Source: Chrysomallon squamiferum (lineage: Eukaryota > Animalia > Mollusca). From it: 64,000 bases of DNA. Under the pieces are notes generated by a model, which saw nothing but the letters and a program-made list of their open reading frames with translations, made no database searches and had not been told where the DNA came from. The DNA is taken from positions 19,716,001-19,780,000 of the forward strand of contig CM022671.1 of NCBI GenBank assembly GCA_012295275.1, written 5' to 3'. Below are positions 53,201-64,000 of the stretch, piece after piece; within the stretch, counting starts at the first letter, position 1, and each line of letters starts with the position of its first letter. The translations under genes were made by a program, and so were the position numbers.

Positions 53201-54100
53201 CTGATAAAGCACTAAAAATAGGATTCTGTACATAAGTCCTTGAATACTAACACTTCTCATTCCAGCCAGTGTCTTAGTTTATCAAGGGCATGGTACATGT
53301 TTTTCTGTTCATGGCAAAAAGTATTCCTTGTTGTTAATTAATAAGATTAGCCCAGCTAATTGAACATTATCCAAAAAACATATGCTTAACTAACAATCAT
53401 TTAAATACTTTAAAATCTTTAAATTTACAGTTAATTATTTATTTGTATTAATTGAAAATAATTGGTAAAAATCTTGTTTAACTAAGCAGAAAATGTTTTA
53501 AATTTCAGTCCACTGTGAATGAAGAAGATCTGTGTACAATCTGCTATGCCAGTCCACAAACAGCTGTTTTTGTACCATGTGGTCATCGATCATGCAGGTT
53601 TGTTGAAATAAAGTTATTCATACTTACAGAGAGGACACTGACAAGTATTTTATATGAGAGTAATGCAGCAATTAAAGTGGTTTAAACAGACTGAAATATT
53701 TGACTAAATGTTTAGTAAGACAAATAGCAACATTTTGATTTTCTCAGCTTATCAGGGAGTGTTTTGTATTGTTAGATGCCATGATATCATATCACATTTT
53801 AATCTGTTCTTTGAAATACTTACTTTAACCATAAATTAATTTTTAGCCTTTTGATGATCATCCCCACCTTGACAGTGCAGAAAGTACTATAAAAAAATAT
53901 GTGCAATTATGTGAAAAGAGGCTTCTTTTATAGAGCCAGTATGTTTGTAATAAATTAAATCTTATTTCAGGACCTGCATTACTCAACAGTTGATGGGAAA
54001 GAAGGAATGCTTCTTCTGCAAATCTGTGATCACATCTATAAAAGACCTGAAAGGAAAACAGATTCTCAGAGAACAATGTCAGAATTACTCAAAGCATTGA
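36286..54100 (+). CDS. RNF123: E3 ubiquitin-protein ligase RNF123 (KPC1): SPRY domain plus C-terminal C3HC4 RING; 36 exons, ~1239 aa
   Basis: Exons: 36286-36370, 36675-36753, 37155-37237, 37956-38059, 38323-38377, 39048-39133, 39426-39512, 39897-39964, 40372-40497, 41016-41133, 41483-41611, 41945-42067, 42222-42314, 42823-42896, 43129-43231, 43567-43672, 44035-44096, 44534-44732, 45015-45116, 45617-45712, 46239-46342, 46781-46864, 47355-47462, 48041-48218, 48550-48627, 48951-49038, 49725-49812, 50102-50192, 50528-50667, 51245-51433, 51825-51900, 52195-52279, 52567-52688, 52920-53011, 53509-53597, 53971-54100 (3720 nt, phases consistent). Peptides: [66 protein letters not shown]...[10 protein letters not shown]...CFFCK. 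Confidence 0.95.
40498..41015 (+). other. U12-type (minor spliceosome) AT-AC intron, RNF123 intron 9
   Basis: 5' end ATATCCTTTT, branch point CCTTAAC at 41001-41007, terminal AC. Removal restores GATPLR|[13 protein letters not shown]. Confidence 0.92.
42897..43128 (+). other. U12-type AT-AC intron, RNF123 intron 14
   Basis: 5' end ATATCCTTCA, branch point TTTTCTTAAC at 43111-43120, terminal AC. Removal restores HLLIYVL|FDKIKFPIF. Confidence 0.92.
45824..45995 (+). mobile_element. Highly decayed tRNA-derived SINE-like fragment in RNF123 intron 20
   Basis: Head ggggcaggatattgctca (A-box-like), core gtgcttttctgtctgtggga...tatataaaa and aaatatttgatatccaataactgatga. These resemble gastropod SINE consensus segments as I recall them; not searched. 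Confidence 0.4.
49380..49528. repeat. Near-perfect 70-71 bp tandem duplication in RNF123 intron 26
   Basis: caattgtgtcta...atatatcaga occurs twice, followed by a partial third start. Confidence 0.9.
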
Positions 54101-57100
54101 TAACCTTAGTCATTTTAATTGACTGTTATGTACATCTGTGAAATTTTAGCAACAGAAACTTTCACTTTTCTTGAATAATGTTACTTAATTTTAAATTAAT
54201 TTTAATTTTTAAATGAAGGATTATTGTTGTTGTTATTAGAGTTTTAAAGTAAATTCCTGCCGGTAGACTGCTCGAGTTTTAATGCTTTATTTTGAAATAT
54301 CTGCTGTTTATTTAGGAATTGGTAAGAACTTATTACAATATTTTTAATATAGGACTAGAAGAAAGAGGATATTGCATTTAAATGTAACCATTCTAATACA
54401 GATTTAAAGCTTTTTTTTTCCATTTGTTGAGTATAAAATAATTGCTGATTTATTTTGGGTTCTTGGGTTTTGTAAAAATCAGAAGTATATCTCAGTTTAA
54501 CTGTTTTTCATATAGAATTCATAATTTCTAACATTGGCATAGATAATCATTTAATTTCTTGATCATTTATTTACATAATATTTATATTAACAAGCTTCTT
54601 TTAAAAAATGTATTTTCTGCAACAAGCATAAAATTATCAAACAAGAAGCTATAAAAATGCAACAAAGATCTGTCGGTTCTTTATTATTGTAACTTCTACT
54701 ACTTAAATAAATATAAAACTTCACTGCACAAATATGGTCAAACATTTTGAAGTATGAAATGAACCAGTTATATATTTAAAATGAATTATATGTTATTACA
54801 TATCCATCAACTTTCAGATATTATGTACTTCTTTTACTTCAGCATCAGACTAGTTGTAGTTGAATATCAGCAGTCAGTAGTTAAACTTTGTGCTAGAAAT
54901 TATCACTGAATTTGTGGCAAAATATTTTTTTTTTTACAAATGTTGGTGATATGTATTACAAAATGAAATATAAAAACTTGTTTTCTTTTTAAAGGAACAA
55001 CAATCTTAAAACAGGAATTATTCCTTTAATGCTATTAATTGCAGGGAAAAAGAAAATGAAAAACTGAAATTTTAATCTAAGATAAATAGCTGTAATGAAA
55101 TTTTCACTGTATTGAGAACAGATAATAAATGAAATTTCAGTTCAGAAAAAGAAAATAAGAATCTAAATTTTTTGTTACCAGCTAAAGAAATACAAGAAAT
55201 TATGTGGCACCAGTAAAAAAATCTTGGCAATAATGTCACTGATTCTATTTTCTTAATATTATGAGAAAATTTATAAGTTTCTTTTTAGCCACTGTGAATT
55301 ATTGGACACTTTTTATCAATATTAAACAGTTTTGGTAGTTTTGTTATTAGAATTGGTGTTCTTGTTGTTTTGTTACAGTTTTTTTTTATTTTTATTAATT
55401 TTTTGCTTTTGTTTGAGTATTTAAATTTTAAAAATTTTATATATCTATTTAAATAGCTGTCAGAGGAGAAAAGGTAGATGATACTGTAGTGTGTGTTAAA
55501 ATTTAATTTTGACTATGCTTTTAAAAATTGATTTTTGTTTATTTTTATTATTTTTTTTTTTTTTTACATTTTAATCTTTGGAACATTAGTAATTACTTTT
55601 CTGATGTCCCCAGATATCATGTAAATGTTCCAATATTAACAGTTGAAATATATATAAACAAACGCACACACAGAGTAAATAAAATGAAAAAAGATTAACG
55701 AAGTAAAGAATTGATACAGTGTCTGTTTTAATATCAATCATAAATATAGGTCTGATCAAATACTAGTTCATTCTGACTGTATACATTTCTGAAGGTGTTT
55801 AAACATTTACAGCCAAATTAAGATGATTATATTGAATTCTGGTATTTTGAGTACAACACAAGAAGGTTCATATTATAATAGATTGTGGCTTTCATATATA
55901 TATATCATAAATGTAATTTGGTTTTTCTTTTTGTATCTTATATTAAAAAATAGTGTTGAATGTGTGCCAAAAAATTGTAATTATAATGGAATAAGAAGAA
56001 AAAAATACATACATTTGTTTTATGTTTGTTGTTAATGAAGAGATTGTCTTCAAACACACCTCAACTACAGCATGAAAAACAATTCATGAACCATTGAATT
56101 TTAGTTTGTTTTAATGTTGAGTGATAACAAATATTTATAATAATTAGAGGGTTTTCTGTCATTGTTGTCGTTTAAGAAAACAGCTATAGTAAAGATTTGT
56201 TTTTACAATGTCATTTGAAAAATAACCAATCTTTGAAACAAGATTCTAAGAACTCCTGTTAAAAATAAAATGGTATGACATTTGAATTATTTTTGTATAT
56301 TCATTAAAAGCATCTGTTTAGAAAGGGACTCTAACAACCTATCCAGTTACAATTAGTCAGAAAATGTATTTTCTGCTGTTTATAAAAAGCAGTGAATGAG
56401 ACATCATAAAGAACAAAATTTTATTACCGACTTCTTCCCCAGATTCACTGCTGTCTTAAGTATGGTGAGATTTTGTAAAGCTAACAAATATTTATATTAA
56501 ACCAAGAATTTTGGTGCTGAGAGCAACACATTTGCCATGCATGAGTAAAATGTGTTATTTGTAAAAGAATAACATACTGTATCATCTATACCTGTGTTGA
56601 TTATGGTGTCAGTATGAAATTCTTGTTGGATTTTCTAAATTTTTTAAATTTTGCTTTTTATTTGTTTAGGCTAGTTATTTATTTCTTTATCAACAATGCA
56701 AGAGATATATTTATTTTGAAATAATATGTTTTTAAACAATATATTAAAGCCTGGAAACTGAATGTTAGATATTGCTTTTTAATGTTGTTAGTTGTGGTTC
56801 CATTTTGTGTTCATGGTATAGTGTCAGAATGCTTCTGGTTTCTTCGATCCTTATATACATGGTTTTTCCTGCAGATAGCGTGTACATGAATTAAAAATAT
56901 ATTTTAAATTCAGTGTCTGTTATTTTACTTAAAACTGATTGCATGTATAATATGTTGGTATGATATGAATGATTTGCTTTGCATATAGATTCAAGGGATT
57001 TCTACAGAAATGTTTTATTCTAATTCTTTTAATGACTTTTTTCCCCATGGTAAAACTTATTAGTTTTCCATTTTTAGAAATATTAAGTTCACTGTTACTA

Positions 57101-58134
57101 TTATAAGCTGACTTACTTGCTATCAATCTAAATAATATTTTAAACTTACAGTAGCAGTCAAGTTAAAATTATCTGCACAGGTTATAATTTTATATAATTA
57201 AGAGTTTTTACCCTGCTTGCTAAGATACTTCTGAGATGTTAGCAATCAAAATCATGGTTATCATGCTAATCAACTTAGAAAAGAAACCATCATTGGACTG
57301 CATCTTCTAAGATGGATGACGATGCTAACATAGCTCATTATATTAGTATATAATTTTTATCAAAATGTATTTTCTACAGGCAAAATAATAATTGGGATGA
57401 CAAAGTTAATTATTATCAGGCTACAAAATCTACAATTTCTCTTGATAATCTAGTTCCTTTCATTTAATCTCTTTCTACTGTTACTAATAGTGTTAGTACT
57501 TTTAATCAACAGATTATGAAACATATATATTTACTTAAAATATAAATAGCAGTTTATTTGTGTTTAAATTATTATTTTAAAACTGCTTACAGAATGAAGT
57601 AAAATTTCAATATTACTAAATTAGTAATTTAACAATTATTGGGATTTAATATACAAATGAAACTTTTTATTTTTATAGAACAAACAGTGCAAATTAAAGT
57701 GAATTATTATTAGCATTAGGTTATTGTTTTGATATAAATTTATCTTTTTCTCATGCACACATATGGTTAGATAATAAATTAAATATATTGTTATCTGTTG
57801 ATGGTTTCATAAGTTAAAACATATATAATTTTCATATCCGTTAACATTACATTTCAAGGGATAATTTATTGTTTTATAAAATAATAAATGATTTAATCAA
57901 ATAAATCTAGGTTTGCAAAATAATCATAAATTTCTACCAATTTAAAGTTCTTAGTGAATCATTTTTCAATCAGATTAAAAATGAAAAAAATTTAAACTTA
58001 TGTTAAAATAAAATAATACAGCAGTAATGAGGATATCATAAGTCTGCTTACAACCAGTATAAATAAATATTAAAAAAATATTTTAAAAATGAAACAAGAA
58101 ACACAGACACTTTAAAAGGCGTGGTACATTTACA

Positions 58135-58262
58135 TACTTGCCAATGATCAAAGCAATTACAAATTTCATGGGATTGTGATAAGGTCATTATTACTTGGTC
58201 CAATCGGATCAACTTTTGCAACTCGCTAATGAAAAAGATATCGTTCAACGAAAATGGCGGAA
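58135..58262 (+). promoter_or_regulatory. Proximal promoter of USP15/4: CCAAT boxes and a YY1/Kozak motif
   Basis: CCAAT at 58141 and 58201. AAAATGGCGG overlaps the ATG at 58254. CpG density rises locally. Confidence 0.4.
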
Positions 58263-61200
58263 TTCGGGCCACCGGACTGTGAAACTCAGAAGACACAGAT
58301 TGGAAATTTAATGAAACAGCAGCTTAAAAAGGGTGATATTTGGTAAGACAGATATTTCGATATTATCGAACACTTGGATATAAAAATCTACTTATTCATA
58401 TAAATCTTACATTGACATACTTTCGAAATGTTTCCTTCTTTCATTGATAGTATCATAGTGAAACTGTTCAAAGATTCATAACGTTAAAAAACGGGAATAA
58501 AGGTAAATAACAAATAATTTACTTCATAAATTTCCTGACGTCGATTGGCAGATGCAGGATATGCAACATTTTTACATAATATTTTTATGAAAGTTGAATC
58601 AGGTGCTATTCCTCAGTGTTTTTTTCCGTTAACTTGGCAGTGTCCCAAGAAACAGGAACTCATGATGGAGAATGTTGTAACATTGCCCAAGGCAGTCATC
58701 ACAGCATTTAAGTGGATCGTAATAATGACCTTACCAGACTTGTTTGCTCTTAAGTGCCTTTTTATTTTATTTATGTTACTTGTTCAGTTGATACGTAATT
58801 TTATTAAAATATTAAGTGTTCTCAGTTCTGTTGCCAACACTTTGGGTAAACGCCAAGATCATATAAATCTTTAACGATGGCAGTGACTAAATAAGCATTT
58901 CTTATTAAATTAAATTATTATACTTATTTTGTATCTTACATTTTTTAAACTCTTTCCAATTGTACAGTAATATCCTTGTTTCTGTTTCACGTATTTTCAT
59001 TTCAAGTTTCAGTTTCATAATGTCATAGGGTCATTCCGTGTCAAATCACCCAATGGTTTAAACCCGACCGTCTCAGATTTTTATAAAACTTGGTATACTT
59101 GTTGACTGGGATCCCACAACACCAAATCTGACATTTTAGCTCAATCAGACGAGTGGTGTGGGAGATACGGCCCACCGAATCTTGAGATTTCTGCCAAAAA
59201 TGGGTGTGACCACCAACCTTAGAATCCTCGTATCTCAGGAACTACTGGCCCAATCTTCATAAAATTGGTATTGTTAGAAAGGCAAAATGACACATATTCC
59301 AAATCTGCCTTTTTGTTTAGTTTGGAAAATATTATAGTACCTTGACCTTTTGACATTTGCTATGACCTTGAAATTGACCGAGTGGATCACGTGATCTTGA
59401 GATGTCCTTTATTGAAATTTAATCTCCCACATGTTAACTAAAACATATAAAAGTTTCCTGGGTGTAATATTTTTTGTTTAGCCACAATATAGATTTAAAT
59501 AATGCACATACATGAAAATAACACCTTTTCAGCCATTAAAATCTGATTAACTAAAACCTGAATGATCAATTCTGGATGCTAGGAATCACCATCTCTCTTG
59601 ATCATCGAGTAAGACATTGTAGGCCTACATGTATGCATAAAGTTCACAATTTTTTTTTTTTTTTTTTTTTTTTACTAAGGTATCTGGTAGACATAAGGTG
59701 GTTTAAACAGTGGAAAACATTTGTTGGTTTTGATTCATGGGACAGTGACCAGGCAGGTGAAGAGAGTGCAAATCCAGGACCAATAGATAATTCATCTTTA
59801 CTTAAAGGTGCAGTGTGTTGTTGGTTTTCATGGCAGTTTTTTATTTTATTTATTTATTTTTTTAATTTTTTTATTGTTGAATTAAATAAATTAACATAAA
59901 TTTATCAACTCAAAAAGTAAATAATATTTATTTTCATTAAAATATTGATAATGTTCTTAAAATAATAAATTGAAGATAAATACCAATACACCTTGTATTT
60001 TCTTTGTTTTTCTTTTTTTTTTAAACAGAAGAAAAAGAAAGCCCTTGGCAGATTTAAGGTTTTACAACATAGTGTCTAATAATTACTTCCAGTTTTAAAT
60101 AAATGATATATTATTAAAAGTAGATGTAAATATTTTTGGTAATAAAAATTCGAAAATGATTTTTCTTTTTTCAGAAGATAACAAAACATTAAAAGAACAT
60201 CTTGTTGATGATTTGGATTACATACTTTTGCCTGCTGAGGCATGGAACAAACTGGTTGCCTGGTATGGGACAGTTGAAGGACAGGTCTGTCAATGTCACA
60301 TTTGCAAATTTCAATTTTACTTATTTACACCTACATTTTATCATTTATAACTAACTGTATAATATCTTTGGATTTTTAAAAAACTCAGCATGAAAAAACA
60401 CAGAGCCGTTATATTCAGAAGTATTATATCTGGATATATGTCACTGTATCACGTTCACTTAAGAAAGCTTTAAACTGGATTCATCAGATTGTGAAGTAAT
60501 ATGACATATTGAAAAAAACTACAAGCATTGTGCAACATGTTTGTACCTGGTTCAGTGGATTCAGGTTCAGACACAGGTATTAAGATTTTTTTACTTCATA
60601 TCTGATGGCAGAGAATGCAGGTTTGTATGTGTTGAATAACTTTCAGTTTTCATTCTGACAAAGTACATATTTAGATAATAATCTCAAAATGATATACAGA
60701 TAGATATGCAAGTTTGTTATAGGGTCATTTAATATTATCTTTTTTTAGGAGTCTATTTCACGCAAGGTCACTGAGCAGGGGATGTTTGTCAAACATTGTA
60801 AAGTGGAAGTATACCTTCTCGACCTGAAGCTTTGTGAAAATTCTGAATGCAACAAACATGTGAACAAGCAGTTCAGTCGAACTGATACCATAGGTAGCAC
60901 CAGGATAACAGAATGTAACAGCCTGTTATTGTAAACTGAGTTCTGTTCATGTAATACAGTAGTTTTCTAATGATTTCCAACATTATAAACTGCTCCAGAA
61001 TAGATCTTCAACAGCTTTTTTATATTTTTATTTAAAAGAATCTCTGCAGTAAGATTCTTTAAGGAAATTCATAAATGTATTTTAAGGGAGGATACAAAAT
61101 TATTATCGCTATCTTTTTATTTATTATTAAAACAAATTTGTATTACACTGCAAACTCAAATTTACGTGACAGGTATTATTGAAGTTATTTTATTTTCTGT

Positions 61201-63954
61201 GTTCTACTTCTTGGTGCTAATGGATTGTATCCTGTATAGATGAAAGATCATTCCACCCCACTGCACTTAATGATTATTCATTTCTGAAATAATTTTTCAA
61301 GCATACATAACAAATATGAACTACTATTTTTAAAAAAATATTAATAACAGCTGTTCACATTTTTAATTTATGAAATGCAGTTTTAAACCAATTTTTAAGA
61401 TGCTTTTTCTCACAGTGACGTACAACTTGAATTGTAAATACTGAAAAACAAATGAAATAAAAACCATTAAGTGTAATGGACCTGAAATGATCTGTACTAA
61501 TCCAGTGTATTTGAAGTAAACAGGAATGTCCTGGTGTGACAGAATGTTTCACTTCAACACATCTGTTTTGTTTGTACTGCACGTTCTATAGTTAAGCTCA
61601 TCTGGCAATTATCCATTCCTCAGTTAGAATGCTTCAATCTGTATAACTGCAGGATCCCAATGCTAGAAAGGTCATAGATGATGGTGTATATATGAAGCAG
61701 CTTAAGGTTGAGGTGTACCTACAAAGTCTAAAGCTTTCTTGCTGCAATAATTCCAATAGTACTGATGATGACATTATGGAAACTGCTACCCCGGCAGAAT
61801 TCAGTAGAATAACATAGGTACATATTTAAACACATATGCCAACAAAATTTCCTTAAGTCTTTGAACCTTCACTTCCTGGATCTAATATTGTTGATTTTGT
61901 ATCTTAAAAAACCCAACCATAGGTTACTTAATTTGTATATATATATGCATAGACAAGCTTCATAAACATTCATCTTTTTTTAAAATATGTAGTAATAGTA
62001 AAGTTACTATTACACTAAAATCATTAAAGAAATCAGAAATTGGCTCAAATTTGATTATTGGCTTCCTTTATAAATCGATGTTAAAAGTAAAACATGAGTG
62101 TTTGCCATGTTTTTCTCTGTATTCGACAGAACAAAGCCTCCCATCAGCTGATCAACTGAAACAAGTTGTCACTTTAATGATTAGACTATGCTACGATTAA
62201 TTCTACTTTAATGATTAGAAGCATGATTAATTCCATATTAGTATGAATTGTAATAAAATATTAACATTTTCAAAAAGGAAAACAAAACTAAAAGATATAA
62301 ATATGTTGAATAGAAGAATGGAGTTTATTCTGGAAGTTCTGTTCTTTCAGATTCATAAAAAAAAGTTAACGATTTCCTTGTCTGTTATAGTTCTTGAAAG
62401 CAGAAAATTTCTTTACATTAATGTTTCAGTTTTATTATTTGTCAGATGCTCTGGAAAAGGAAATGAGGCGAATGTTTGACATTTCTGATGATAAAGAGGT
62501 TCGTCTGTGGAATCGCTACATGAGCGGTGCATATGAACATCTGAACAAGCCAGACAATACACTTCAAGACGCTGGTCTCTTTCAAGGACAGGTATACAAT
62601 CTCTTGCATGTACAAAGAAACATGTATCTATTCTGTTTTATATTTCAGATTTGTATAATGTTTAGTTTAAGGTTACTTATAATAAAAAAATAGAATTTAT
62701 CTTTTATAAAATTTGAAAACTGTAACCTTGGTTTTTTTAAATACTCTGTATGTAAGAAATAATTTTCTTCAATTTTGAGCTCAAGAGCTGACATTGCTAT
62801 TCTGATTTCCTTAGTATTTAATTTTCATTATTTTTACTGGCACAAATATTAATGTTACATGAGTAACTGACAAAAATATTTATCTGGTTGCATTTTATTC
62901 ATGTATACATCTTAATGTTTTAACAATTTCAAATTAACAGGTGATAGTTATTGAGCAAAAAAATGATGACGGAACCTGGCCTAGACAAGCAAAGAGGTAT
63001 GTCATCTTGTTTTTTTAATAAAAAACATATGTTTCTGTTTTATCTTTTTCTTATTTCAATAAGATATTTAACATTTTTTTCACAAAATAATAACTAAAAT
63101 AATGATCTTTAGGTATTCTTTTTAATACATTCCAAAAGATAGATTAGTATATTTATTTTAAATAAAAATATCAATGGACATTGTATGTGGTATGTGCAAA
63201 GGAGCCTATAAAATATTCTTGTTGGTAGTTAATTGATCAGTGTAAACTGTGAATATCAATTTCTATCTGGGATCTCATATATTTATCATTGTTTGTAGTG
63301 AATGATGCGTTTTTAATCAATACTTTTTGATTGTCTGTTCATTCATTCATTCATTCTACTTTCAGCACAAGTAGTTATGGTTCTGGTCATGACAGGTCAT
63401 ACACAACAAGGTTTGTATTGCATGTGGGAGAGAAATAAAAAACCCACCAGCTTAATAGAAGACATTACATCTATTTTAAGGTTCATTCACCCAAGATGTG
63501 GATGTTTCAATTCCCCAAAAGAAAAATATTTTTTAAATATTTACCTCAGTAATTTTCTGTTTTATTAGCAAGCTGACAACTACCTTTTCTTCCCCCTCTA
63601 TGCAAGAAAAGGTTTGAAATTTTCAACCAGTGGTCCTTGTTATCCATTTAATTCACAAAGTTTGGGAATGTCCTTGGAAATAGTGAATGTCTTCTATTCA
63701 TCAAAAATTTGAGAAATTTTAAGCACACTGGGATAAAAAAAGTTTATATAGTAGATCTTTTGTTTTATTTATTTATTTGTTTCTTCAGATCAGGTGGTGG
63801 TTATGGCGGCAGCAGTTATGATAGTGGATACAATAGCTACGCAGGTACAAGTGGCTGCGACAATGGCTATGAACCAGGTAAAGGAACAGCTACACCAGGT
63901 CTCTGTGGTTTAGCCAATCTCGGGAATACGTGCTTTATGAATTCATCTTTACAG
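58254..63954 (+). CDS. USP15: Ubiquitin carboxyl-terminal hydrolase USP15/USP4 family (DUSP-UBL-catalytic Cys box), 5' partial; continues beyond the window
   Basis: Exons: 58254-58342, 59680-59807, 60175-60284, 60749-60893, 62446-62591, 62941-62996, 63366-63410, 63789-63954. Peptides: [89 protein letters not shown]. Confidence 0.94.
59026..59630. mobile_element. Probable non-autonomous DNA-transposon/interspersed repeat fragment in USP15 intron 1
   Basis: Abrupt GC rise beginning ta|gggtcattccgtgtcaaatcaccc, with internal motifs typical of invertebrate MITEs (gtatctcagga, ttcataaaattggta, tgaccttg). No second terminal inverted repeat found. Confidence 0.4.
61653..61817 (+). other. Duplicated, diverged paralog of USP15 exon 4 (candidate alternative, poison or pseudo-exon)
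   Basis: ctgcag|[54 protein letters not shown]|gtacat. Aligns with exon 60749-60893 ([32 protein letters not shown]...QFSRTDTI). Confidence 0.8.
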
Positions 63955-64000
63955 GTAAATTACCGTTCTTTTAAAAAAGGAAAAAATGTGCGAGAACAGT

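Noticed and set aside
58545-58874. 109 aa ORF in USP15 intron 1
   Set aside because: Non-ATG start, no recognisable domain and no supporting splice structure.
63569-63611. Possible extra USP15 exon (ttag|CAAGCTG...GAAAAG|gtttga)
   Set aside because: At 43 nt it breaks the frame, and it shows no homology.

Overview
AT-rich, intron-rich animal genomic DNA. It is probably an invertebrate; a mollusc/gastropod is my inference from repeat style and gene architecture. Six protein-coding loci were reconstructed by hand: (1) three CECR6/TMEM121B-family membrane-protein genes on + (3735-4700, 11868-12818, 19433-20383), each with a single coding exon; the last two come from a ~9 kb direct tandem duplication (~5418-14425 / ~14426-23522); (2) Rab GDP-dissociation inhibitor on - (11 exons, 442 aa, last intron GC-AG); (3) head-to-head with it, RNF123/KPC1 on + (36 exons, ~1239 aa, two AT-AC U12 introns); (4) the 5' part of a USP15/USP4-family deubiquitinase. 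The most unusual observations are a diverged tandem duplicate of the USP15 DUSP-UBL linker exon that ends in a stop at its donor (candidate mutually exclusive, poison or dead exon), the structure and uneven divergence of the TMEM121B-like array, and the non-canonical introns. No RNA genes, CRISPR arrays or intact autonomous transposons were seen. Exon coordinates and difference counts are manual.
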